64,000 nt of DNA. It comes from a virus. Lineage: Duplodnaviria; Caudoviricetes. This document shows, in pieces, positions 52,138-59,430 of the stretch. Position 1 is the first letter of the stretch. Each line of letters begins with the position of its first letter. The notes below the pieces were generated by a model that had not been told where the DNA came from, ran no database searches, and saw nothing but the letters and a program-made list of their open reading frames with translations. The stretch spans positions 1-64,000 of IMG/VR virus record IMGVR_UViG_3300017912_003441; one strand, written 5' to 3'. The position numbers and the translations under genes were made by a program.

Positions 52138-52389
52138 TTATTTAGCTTTAGGTGATACAACATGCACGCCCGACCCACGACCGGATAATTTACCATAAGG
52201 GTTGAGGCGGCGATAATCAGCGAAGTTCTCTTGACTTACAATCTGACAATCACCGCCAGTCTTATGACCAAATACCATAATACCTTTCTTACGAGAAGGT
52301 CCTCGTCCATTAAAGGCACAAGACTTACAGATCTTAAAACCGAATTCAACCCTTACAGGTTCGATAGTATTACCACAAATGCAATCCAT
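52138..52389 (-). CDS. small Zn-finger protein (DksA/TraR-like Cys pattern)
   Basis: CICG..I...R...G..IC..C; own promoter TTGATT-16-TATTAT 7 nt upstream. Confidence 0.6.
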   Translation of the reverse strand: MDCICGNTIEPVRVEFGFKICKSCAFNGRGPSRKKGIMVFGHKTGGDCQIVSQENFADYRRLNPYGKLSGRGSGVHVVSPKAK

Positions 52390-52453
52390 ATTCAATATAA
52401 TAGGAAAGCTAGAGAATTAATCAATTGATTAATTCAGGGTAAAATTAATCAAA

Positions 52454-52804
52454 TCAGAAACCTATCTTTTGAGCCTGCCAAAAACCATCTAGAGCTTTCT
52501 CACCACCTAACGTAGCATTAAGACAGGTAAGAATAACAGTCGCTTCTCCTGATATGTTTTTTCTCTCTGCCTCAAACATCTCATTAATAATTAACGACTT
52601 TCCATCCTCACTTAGCCCTGTCCAAGGTCCAGAGCAATTTACCATCACCCATTTATTTGTCTCTACTTGGTTACCATCAACATCTGTCCCTGTTCCCTTT
52701 TCTTGTTGATAGGTTGCGATCGCCATGTTAGAATAATCTGACGCCATCCATTGAGCAGTAATTCCATGCTCATGCTTTAAAAGTACTTGTTGATTAAATC
52801 TCAT
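52454..52804 (-). CDS. hypothetical late protein
   Basis: 116 aa; TAAATA 5 nt upstream. Confidence 0.7.
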   Translation of the reverse strand: MRFNQQVLLKHEHGITAQWMASDYSNMAIATYQQEKGTGTDVDGNQVETNKWVMVNCSGPWTGLSEDGKSLIINEMFEAERKNISGEATVILTCLNATLGGEKALDGFWQAQKIGF

Positions 52805-52850
52805 AATATTATTTACCCTTATAAAAATTAGAGCAATAGTATAATTGAAA

Positions 52851-53342
52851 TTAATGCAAATCTTTTTTCTTGGATAACTTCTCTAGAATGTGATACAGTT
52901 GAATGAATTCTTTCTTATATCGTCTTTCGAATCGTCGAGCATCTACTTCCCATTTATTTTGACAGTATGTAGGTCGCTCTTTATCAACATCTTCATCTGT
53001 GTAGTTTAACTTCTCTTCAGATACCCCCAGCATGTTATCCTGTATCCAATGTCTAAGCTCATGAAGATAATGACTTACAAATGTATCAAACCTCTTCTCT
53101 TTACTCCAACCATTCTGATCTAGATTTCCAGTCAAGTAAAGCTCGTCGAAACCAAAATAATATCCACTGCTGTTTGCGTTCTTATATCGCTTAATCTCAA
53201 TCTCAGGAAAGACCCACTTGTTGTGTCGCCGAATTTGATTGAGAAGTATGTTTGTACATTTTTGGATGATACGAATATCGATTTCATTATCACGCAACCA
53301 TTTTTTTATAGTTTGTTTCGCATGCAATTCTATCGACAGCAT
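52851..53342 (-). CDS. HExxH metallopeptidase-like protein
   Basis: YLHELRHWIQ...WEVDAR; start ATG 53342, 5 nt after TAAATA. Confidence 0.65.
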   Translation of the reverse strand: MLSIELHAKQTIKKWLRDNEIDIRIIQKCTNILLNQIRRHNKWVFPEIEIKRYKNANSSGYYFGFDELYLTGNLDQNGWSKEKRFDTFVSHYLHELRHWIQDNMLGVSEEKLNYTDEDVDKERPTYCQNKWEVDARRFERRYKKEFIQLYHILEKLSKKKDLH

Positions 53343-53446
53343 ATAATTATTTAGTCGAGTCAATCACACGAAGGAACATAAAAAAGCAGCTTTTCCGAAC
53401 GGTTCTCTCCTATTTGTTCATACAGGGAATATAAGATTTGGTGATA

Positions 53447-53472
53447 GAAAAACCCATGGTTTCCCATGGGTT
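53447..53472 (-). terminator. Rho-independent terminator after DUF932 gene
   Basis: AACCCATGG-GAAA-CCATGGGTT followed by T tract. Confidence 0.75.
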
Positions 53473-53500
53473 CTCTATGTTGTTGTTGGATGAGGAGAAA

Positions 53501-54526
53501 TTAATCTACTAGCACGATTTCGCGCTCTTTTACAACTGGCTTATCGAACATTACAGTACCAGTTAGCAGGTTCAATGCGCGGCGCTTGAATCGATCCATC
53601 TGACCACCTGGAGTATTCAAACTACCAATCCGATTCTGGATGTATTCATGATTCTTATTCTCAATCGCATTAGCCATCCGAGTTGCATGCTGATGATGAT
53701 CAACATACTCAGTCACCGCGTTAAACGCATCCCACCGCGACTTACCAAGATTACCAGCACCACGTGAAAAGAGAGCTGCAACATCGTTATGCACTCGAGC
53801 AGTCTTCTCATCTTCAGTATCGCGCATCGGGTATAAATGACCAAGAAAGTTATATAACTCTTCTTTTGAAATCGTCCTACTATCAAGTTTCGCGAAATCG
53901 GTATACATGTTCTTCAAGCTGTCAATATTCTTAGCGAAGATTGCCTTAACTGTATCCAATCGCTTTTCCCAATTAGCAAAATGCTGAATTCGATAATCGC
54001 GAGTAGACTCTTTAGTCATAGCTACAAACTGATTATTACATGCACCTCGCATCGACGTCGGGAAGATACAATTAGATACAATACCATCTTGACCAATCAA
54101 CATAGTTAGCATTGAGTTGATCTTATCACCCTTACGATTAGGGATCTCAAACGTATAGTCCTTTGGAAGCTCAGCTTGAACCCAAATTCGACTACCACCG
54201 CGCATAACTCCGGCGGCTTTATATTCAGCGCCATACATTTTGCGAACTTCATCAAATGCATCAATTAATTCATGATTCTGAATTGGTGCATACTTACGAC
54301 CTGTAACTGCATAGACTTGACCAGTCTTATTATTACGCAACCCGTAAAACCTATCAAAGTTATCATCTCCAGTAGCTTTACCGAGATTGACTTGCTCTAC
54401 TTCGAAATCTAGACCAGCCTTAGTGTAAAGCTCATCTTTACTCGAAATCTGATGAACACCTTCAACTGCAATTGCTGAGTGTTCGTTAATGTCTTGAAGG
54501 GCGACGTTCTTATCGTTTATTCTCAT
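53501..54526 (-). CDS. DUF932 family phage/plasmid-like protein
   Basis: AGLDFEV, Y.PIQN.E, AGVMRGGSRIWV, R..CNN, I.H, WDAFNAVTEYVDH. Confidence 0.85.
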   Translation of the reverse strand: MRINDKNVALQDINEHSAIAVEGVHQISSKDELYTKAGLDFEVEQVNLGKATGDDNFDRFYGLRNNKTGQVYAVTGRKYAPIQNHELIDAFDEVRKMYGAEYKAAGVMRGGSRIWVQAELPKDYTFEIPNRKGDKINSMLTMLIGQDGIVSNCIFPTSMRGACNNQFVAMTKESTRDYRIQHFANWEKRLDTVKAIFAKNIDSLKNMYTDFAKLDSRTISKEELYNFLGHLYPMRDTEDEKTARVHNDVAALFSRGAGNLGKSRWDAFNAVTEYVDHHQHATRMANAIENKNHEYIQNRIGSLNTPGGQMDRFKRRALNLLTGTVMFDKPVVKEREIVLVD

Positions 54527-54535
54527 AACTCGTTT

Positions 54536-54580
54536 ATTATAGACTGTCTCTTATTCTTTATCAACTACTTTTTTCCGGAT
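54536..54580 (-). promoter_or_regulatory. early sigma70-like promoter with A-rich UP element
   Basis: ATCCGGAAAAAAGTAG-TTGATA-17 nt-TATAAT, 9 nt before ATG 54526. Confidence 0.7.
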
Positions 54581-54664
54581 ATATGAACCTTTACCCTTTT
54601 TGGGTCTGTGCACTCTGGATCCGGTGTTGAATCTTATTAAGACTCTTGGCTTTAGACTTTTCAT
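54551..54664 (-). CDS. arfA: ArfA-like alternative ribosome-rescue peptide (37 aa, not in ORF track)
   Basis: MKSLKPRVLIRFNTGSRVHRPKKGKGSYIRKKVVDKE contains the ArfA signature RV...KKGKGSY.RK. Confidence 0.65.
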   Translation of the reverse strand: MKSLKPRVLIRFNTGSRVHRPKKGKGSYIRKKVVDKE

Positions 54665-54725
54665 AGTTTCTCACTTTAATCTCGAATTTGTTCCGATTAA
54701 CCATTATTCGCATTTTGACTGCCAT
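54591..54725 (-). CDS. 44 aa basic ORF overlapping the ArfA-like ORF out of frame
   Basis: MAVKMRIMVNRNKFEIKVRNYEKSKAKSLNKIQHRIQSAQTQKG; ATG 10 nt after TTGACT-16-TATAAT. Confidence 0.45.
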   Translation of the reverse strand: MAVKMRIMVNRNKFEIKVRNYEKSKAKSLNKIQHRIQSAQTQKG

Positions 54726-54772
54726 AACTTCAATCATTATAGCTATTTATGAGAAACAGTCAAGCTTTATCT

Positions 54773-54973
54773 CTAGCTCGCACCAATAGTCGTTTCGTAA
54801 ACGTACTTAGACCGGAGAGGAGTGGTCTTTATGTATTGTGTGAATTCACCGTCTTCGGATAAACATGTCTCAGTTCTCGTCACAGGTTTACATTCTAGAC
54901 ATTCACCTTTACACGTCTCTTCGAAACAATGAGGATTTTTACATATTTTAGGCTGATCTGTATTGTTTGACAT
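54773..54973 (-). CDS. small Cys-rich hypothetical protein
   Basis: 66 aa, six Cys. Confidence 0.55.
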   Translation of the reverse strand: MSNNTDQPKICKNPHCFEETCKGECLECKPVTRTETCLSEDGEFTQYIKTTPLRSKYVYETTIGAS

Positions 54974-55127
54974 TGGAGAGATCTGTCTGAGGCTTAGGTG
55001 GAGAAATAGTATCGATAAACTTTCTGGCTTCTGCTATCGCCTGTTCATTTAACTTCCGGACAGCTTCCGGCCCTTCAGCTGTGCATAGCTCAGAACCGTG
55101 ATATATTAGCATGTTTGCTAAATTCAT
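54948..55127 (-). CDS. hypothetical protein
   Basis: Same frame as ORF-track 54948..55208; start uncertain, ATG 55127 avoids overlap. Confidence 0.45.
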   Translation of the reverse strand: MNLANMLIYHGSELCTAEGPEAVRKLNEQAIAEARKFIDTISPPKPQTDLSNVKQYRSA

Positions 55128-55149
55128 ATAATGACATTTGTAATCGTAC

Positions 55150-55653
55150 TTAGTTTGTGACTTTGAAGGCATCGAGTAATAATTGTAACGTATCTTTTTC
55201 AACTTCAACTACAACATCAGTTTCGACATCACCCGATACCGGCTCAGAGTCGTAGTCACCATATATATCATCTTCTTCTACATCTTCGAACTCTAGAATC
55301 TGTGGCGGAGCAGTGGTAGCAGACTCTAACAAATTTTGCTTCTTTATATCTAATACTATTAGATTTAATAATTGATTAGTAACTAAATCCTTCTTGGCTC
55401 TGGATACAAATCCTGAAACCTCTGACTTAGTAAACACACCCTCTAACATCTGTATGGGGTTCTTAATCTGTGAATATATTAAGTGAGGTAAATAAAGTTC
55501 CGCAATCTTGGCGCAGTCACGAATAACGTAATAAGCGGACTTTTTGAGTATCTTAACTCCTGTATCGGGTTCTTTTGCAGCCTTCTTAGCTGCTCTTAAG
55601 AGCTTAGCCTCTTTACTCTTCGACTCTTTGAGAATCTTTTCTTCGAAGGTCAC
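55150..55653 (-). CDS. hypothetical late protein
   Basis: 167 aa, GTG start 5 nt after TAAATA. Confidence 0.75.
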   Translation of the reverse strand: MTFEEKILKESKSKEAKLLRAAKKAAKEPDTGVKILKKSAYYVIRDCAKIAELYLPHLIYSQIKNPIQMLEGVFTKSEVSGFVSRAKKDLVTNQLLNLIVLDIKKQNLLESATTAPPQILEFEDVEEDDIYGDYDSEPVSGDVETDVVVEVEKDTLQLLLDAFKVTN

Positions 55654-55768
55654 GTAAATATTTAATCATTCGTCGATTCTTAATCCAACGATAATAAGAA
55701 CTTAATACTAATTTCCAGTTTTTTTATTCGCCATTTCTATCCATTAATAGCTAACTGTACAAATAAGT

Positions 55769-56002
55769 TCAAGGCAACTCTATATTATAGATTGAATTCG
55801 TTGTCTCTGCGTTTAAGCTACGCAAATATAACATGTATTCATCTTTCTCTTCTCTCGTAAGAGTATTATGTAAGCTTAACTTATTTTCTATTATTTTATT
55901 AGCTCTCACCTCTATTGGCTCTTCAGATAATAAGATAGAAAAGAATACTATAACTATCATTATAGTAAGTAACTTACTTGTCTCTTTTAACACTCGTACC
56001 AT
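55769..56002 (-). CDS. small membrane-anchored protein
   Basis: 77 aa, N-terminal hydrophobic helix. Confidence 0.55.
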   Translation of the reverse strand: MVRVLKETSKLLTIMIVIVFFSILLSEEPIEVRANKIIENKLSLHNTLTREEKDEYMLYLRSLNAETTNSIYNIELP

Positions 56003-56117
56003 AAAACTTTAAATTACCTAGATACATAAATAATGCACATATTAACGCAATCGGTAATGCAATCAATATAACTAATGGACTTACTGGCTTATCTGGACAA
56101 GGAGGCTTAGACATCAT
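55974..56117 (-). CDS. small membrane protein (47 aa, not in ORF track)
   Basis: MMSKPPCPDKPVSPLVILIALPIALICALFMYLGNLKFYGTSVKRDK; bridges neighbours. Confidence 0.5.
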   Translation of the reverse strand: MMSKPPCPDKPVSPLVILIALPIALICALFMYLGNLKFYGTSVKRDK

Positions 56118-56337
56118 TTCCTATAGCTTCTACTGGACAATTGTCTAATGCGTTCTGACAGTCAGACTCTTCTTCTTCATTCTCTGGCTGTTTATATACA
56201 TATGAATAACCTTCTGTCTCTTGCCTAGTAAAGTTATTCGGCGCTTCTTCTCTACATAAATCACAATCTATACATTGCTCATCTACGTAATACTTACCCG
56301 CTACATTCTCCGGTTGTATATCAGCTCTATCTGCCAT
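56107..56337 (-). CDS. Ferredoxin (single 4Fe-4S type)
   Basis: YYVD..CIDCDLC...AP..F, CPVEAI; late promoter 5 nt upstream. Confidence 0.92.
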   Translation of the reverse strand: MADRADIQPENVAGKYYVDEQCIDCDLCREEAPNNFTRQETEGYSYVYKQPENEEEESDCQNALDNCPVEAIGNDV

Positions 56338-56356
56338 ATAGTTATTTATCTAAAAT

Positions 56357-56432
56357 TGGAGCACGTCCAGGGTACCGCCCCCTGCATAGATGGTTTTGCA
56401 GACCACTCCGTTCACTTGCTCGGTCGACGTGC
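56357..56432 (-). tRNA. tRNA-Cys(GCA), non-canonical D and T loops
   Basis: Acceptor GCACGTC/GACGTGC, anticodon arm GTGGT-CTGCAAA-ACCAT, T stem CAGGG/CCCTG, U73, encoded CCA. Confidence 0.8.
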
Positions 56433-56508
56433 TGGTGGGCCTTGTAGGATTTGAACCTACGGCCAATCGATTATGAGTCGACTGCTCTAACCGCTGAGCT
56501 AAAGGCCC
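56433..56508 (-). tRNA. tRNA-Ile2(CAT), lysidine-type AUA reader
   Basis: GGGCCTTTAGCTCAGCGGTTAGAGCAGTCGACTCATAATCGATTGGCCGTAGGTTCAAATCCTACAAGGCCCACCA; closely resembles bacterial tRNA-Ile2. Confidence 0.88.
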
Positions 56509-56517
56509 TTGATTCAT

Positions 56518-56745
56518 TTAATCTTTTAATACAAACTTCCTTACTGTGAATCTAAAAGCAAAGAAATTAATAATAGCCATTGCTATCAGTGCAAACGCAT
56601 TAAATGATCCAGATTGCTCTAATGTATCCGGATCTGATATAGAACCTGTAATCGCTCCGATAAGCCCTACTACAAAGCCTACACCGAATAATCCTGCTAA
56701 GGTTATTAATGCAGTTAATACCCACGCTATCAAATAATCTTTCAT
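56518..56745 (-). CDS. small two-helix membrane protein
   Basis: 75 aa; promoter TTGCAA-16-TATAAT 7 nt upstream also heads the tRNA pair. Confidence 0.7.
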   Translation of the reverse strand: MKDYLIAWVLTALITLAGLFGVGFVVGLIGAITGSISDPDTLEQSGSFNAFALIAMAIINFFAFRFTVRKFVLKD

Positions 56746-56865
56746 AAAACCTATTATAGGAACTCCGCAGAGGATTGCAAAAAAAATTTAGCATGCGTTT
56801 AATTTACCCTTTTTTCGGGTTTCTATATATAACGAATTCTCGTACTTACAGCTCTATATAGAGAG

Positions 56866-56896
56866 GTGGAGAGAGTACTCTATATACTCTCTCCAC
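56866..56896. repeat. perfect 12-bp inverted repeat
   Basis: GTGGAGAGAGTA-ctctata-TACTCTCTCCAC. Confidence 0.85.
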
Positions 56897-56920
56897 TCGA
56901 CTGTTAGAAATGTAAGCTTG

Positions 56921-57406
56921 TTAGTTGATCTCTTGTAGTTCAGCTAATGCTTCATCGAATGTTGCTGGTTCTGGTTCTGGTTCAGGAGTAGATTTAGCAA
57001 TCGACTCTAACGCGCTTTCGCTAGCGGTTACTTGTACAACATCATCTAATGATTGTACCTTCTCTTCTTTCTTCTTAGGAGTAGGCTTAGCGGTCTTGTA
57101 CACACCAGCCTCAAACCAGAAGTTAGTTACTCGGCTCTTACTGTTCTTCTGAACAAGCTCCTTCAACTGCTCATCAGTACCGAGCCATGGCGGCATAGAC
57201 TGATTGGTACGACTCTCGATAAGATCTTGTACGCTACGACCAGCTCGAAGTTGAGAACAGATATACTTGCTTACATAATTATTAAGCAACCATTCACTAG
57301 TAACACCCAAGCGCGCTGCTTTAGATGCGAGATAGTTGTGAGAGGTCTTTCTGGATTGACCAGAGATGACACACGTTAGTACTGGGGCTGGATTTTTCTT
57401 AGACAT
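56921..57406 (-). CDS. hypothetical protein
   Basis: 161 aa; preceded by AGAAAGGA Shine-Dalgarno-like sequence. Confidence 0.75.
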   Translation of the reverse strand: MSKKNPAPVLTCVISGQSRKTSHNYLASKAARLGVTSEWLLNNYVSKYICSQLRAGRSVQDLIESRTNQSMPPWLGTDEQLKELVQKNSKSRVTNFWFEAGVYKTAKPTPKKKEEKVQSLDDVVQVTASESALESIAKSTPEPEPEPATFDEALAELQEIN

Positions 57407-57441
57407 ATTAATTATAATTCCTTTCTGTTATGGTTATTGGT

Positions 57442-57597
57442 TTAAAGACTAGCTTCTGCTTCACGACGCTCTTTCTTGAGCGGTTCAATTTCACGATGGA
57501 TAGCACGGAGCATTTTCATTAATGCGCCCCAGCGCTTCCAAGCTTTTAGATTATCGATCTCTTTCTCTGTCATTTTCATGGCGCAATCAGCGTTCAT
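57442..57597 (-). CDS. small hypothetical protein (51 aa, not in ORF track)
   Basis: MNADCAMKMTEKEIDNLKAWKRWGALMKMLRAIHREIEPLKKERREAEASL; TTGCAC-16-TATAAT 7 nt upstream. Confidence 0.65.
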   Translation of the reverse strand: MNADCAMKMTEKEIDNLKAWKRWGALMKMLRAIHREIEPLKKERREAEASL

Positions 57598-57635
57598 ACG
57601 ATTAATTATAGCGATATTCCGGAGAGGTGCAACTG

Positions 57636-57836
57636 TTAATTTTCGAAATGTTTGGCTTGCTCAAAGCCCCAAACACGCATACTGTATTCTAAGAATTTAT
57701 AGAATTCGAATTCACCCATATATGATCTAACTTCTCTGAGCATGTCATATTTATCATTATTATCTGGAGAAGAAACCATACCAGTATCTTCTAACTCATC
57801 CATCACTTGCTCTATTATCTCTGTTTGTTTAGTCAT
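57636..57836 (-). CDS. hypothetical early protein
   Basis: 66 aa acidic ORF. Confidence 0.65.
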   Translation of the reverse strand: MTKQTEIIEQVMDELEDTGMVSSPDNNDKYDMLREVRSYMGEFEFYKFLEYSMRVWGFEQAKHFEN

Positions 57837-57845
57837 GACTGTAAA

Positions 57846-58028
57846 TTATTTAAAACGGAAAAATTTCAACATCTTATAATGAATTGATCGCAACTCATTC
57901 AATTCTTCTTTCAGAGCTGGCTCTTCATTTATGACATCCTCACCTTCTGATTCAATCATATCAATTTGCATTTCAATTAACGCTTCAAGCGCTTTAGCTT
58001 CTTGTTTATTAAATGTGATTTCTTTCAT
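57846..58028 (-). CDS. hypothetical early protein
   Basis: 60 aa; promoter at 58062-58090. Confidence 0.65.
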   Translation of the reverse strand: MKEITFNKQEAKALEALIEMQIDMIESEGEDVINEEPALKEELNELRSIHYKMLKFFRFK

Positions 58029-58061
58029 ATCTCTCTCTATCGTTCTATCAACAACACCAAT

Positions 58062-58090
58062 ATTATGGCGGCTCGCTCGGGTTTCGGCAA
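58062..58090 (-). promoter_or_regulatory. early sigma70-like promoter
   Basis: TTGCCG-17 nt-CATAAT. Confidence 0.75.
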
Positions 58091-58125
58091 CTGTTATTTT
58101 CCGGATATTTATCTATCTCTTTCTA

Positions 58126-58302
58126 TTAAAGTGTTATTTCAGCAAACTCTACACTATCCATTTCATATCCGAAACCTTCTGCACCATCTACCATACTAAC
58201 AAAACCATCTTCAATTTCGATAACAGTACCGCTATCTACACTCTTACCATTTTCGAAAACGATCACTCTCATCCCAACTCTCAAATCGCTCTTATTTAAC
58301 AT
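58126..58302 (-). CDS. small beta-rich protein (58 aa, not in ORF track)
   Basis: MLNKSDLRVGMRVIVFENGKSVDSGTVIEIEDGFVSMVDGAEGFGYEMDSVEFAEITL; SH3/KOW-like pattern. Confidence 0.7.
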   Translation of the reverse strand: MLNKSDLRVGMRVIVFENGKSVDSGTVIEIEDGFVSMVDGAEGFGYEMDSVEFAEITL

Positions 58303-58308
58303 ACGTAT

Positions 58309-58337
58309 ATTATGGCGGGTTTTTGCGGATTCGGCAA
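58309..58337 (-). promoter_or_regulatory. early sigma70-like promoter
   Basis: TTGCCG-17 nt-CATAAT, 6 nt before ATG 58302. Confidence 0.75.
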
Positions 58338-58425
58338 CAACTTTATTGCTTGCAGTGACAATAGTTTAGCGCAACGCCGCGCTTTTTTTTCAGTTAGTTT
58401 TTGCGATATAAACTATAACCGAGCG

Positions 58426-58707
58426 TTAAGCGCGTGCTTCGCGCGCTTTTACTCTATCTTCATACCGTTCATACTTGAATTCGAACGTGCTATTATCATC
58501 TGGACGATGCTGATCAATTTTATGATTCCAGCGCTTTTCATGACCTTCTGGAAATTTATAACGATGCAGCTCACCGCTCATAATCTCTATGGTATGAGAT
58601 AATCCCATTTCAATACCAATCTGAACTCCCTTTTCACGTCCAGCATTGAAACCTTCTTGATAAGCTTCCGCTTTGATCCGATCTAATGTTTTTCTCATTC
58701 TGCTCAT
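58426..58707 (-). CDS. hypothetical early protein
   Basis: 93 aa; AYQEGFNAG..G...G repeat. Confidence 0.7.
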   Translation of the reverse strand: MSRMRKTLDRIKAEAYQEGFNAGREKGVQIGIEMGLSHTIEIMSGELHRYKFPEGHEKRWNHKIDQHRPDDNSTFEFKYERYEDRVKAREARA

Positions 58708-58725
58708 ATCTCCAACAACACGAAT

Positions 58726-58754
58726 ATTATGGCGGCTAGAGCTGAAAACAGCAA
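58726..58754 (-). promoter_or_regulatory. early sigma70-like promoter
   Basis: TTGCTG-17 nt-CATAAT. Confidence 0.75.
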
Positions 58755-58829
58755 CTACTTTCTGCGGATTTATTAAACTTTTTTTCTTTACTAACTCTCC
58801 GGGTAAAGTAGAATCATAGCAGAGATTAT

Positions 58830-58860
58830 AAAAAGAGCTGGAGAGTATATCCCTCCAGCT
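58830..58860 (-). terminator. probable terminator
   Basis: AGCTGGAG/CTCCAGCT stem followed by CTTTTT on minus strand. Confidence 0.6.
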
Positions 58861-58888
58861 TGATTATTAAATTATCCAGAGAGGATAA

Positions 58889-59131
58889 TTAGTGAGTGGT
58901 AATGCGAGAAGTCTGCAATTCCCGAGAGAAGAAGCGGTTGTTGATCCCGACCTTCTGAGTCTTTCCGCCGACCTTATAATTGGCCTTCGCCGAATGAACA
59001 TAATAATCGCCGTTCTCGGATCGGGTCATCTCGACTGTCACGCGACGCGCTCGAGCGTTGTCCTTAAACCAACTTGCGCGCTTACCATCAGTTGTCTCTA
59101 GCTGAGACTGAGCATATGTTTGTGCTGTCAT
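58889..59131 (-). CDS. hypothetical early protein
   Basis: 80 aa; TATAAT 12 nt upstream. Confidence 0.7.
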   Translation of the reverse strand: MTAQTYAQSQLETTDGKRASWFKDNARARRVTVEMTRSENGDYYVHSAKANYKVGGKTQKVGINNRFFSRELQTSRITTH

Positions 59132-59235
59132 AACTACCCTCTTATTATAGGATATCCCGAGCAGTATTCCACTACTTTTTTTATTGGGAGAGTCGAGTCG
59201 AATTGTCTGAGGGGCCGTTAGTAAATCCTCTATGG

Positions 59236-59301
59236 TTACGTATATATGTATTACGTATATGTCAGACCCTGAGCTATCTTGAGAAAAACTGAGCTATCTT
59301 G
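59236..59301. repeat. two pairs of short direct repeats in non-coding DNA
   Basis: TTACGTATAT at 59236 and 59251; CTGAGCTATCTTG at 59269 and 59289. Confidence 0.8.
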
Positions 59302-59430
59302 GGAGTTCTTTAAGGTTTATTGGTATTCATATATGGCTAATATACAATAAAAAAATGCACTATTCGTTAGAATAATGCACTTTTGCGGAGATACTATATG
59401 TTTTTATCTGAGATCTATATATTTTTGACC

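Noticed and set aside
56433-56508. tRNA-Met call for the CAT tRNA
   Set aside because: Paired G1-C72 and no run of three G-C pairs in the anticodon stem exclude initiator; overall sequence resembles tRNA-Ile2 more than elongator Met, though this is not proven.
59236-59301. CRISPR mini-array
   Set aside because: Only two copies of each 10-13 nt repeat with 5-7 nt gaps; no cas genes.
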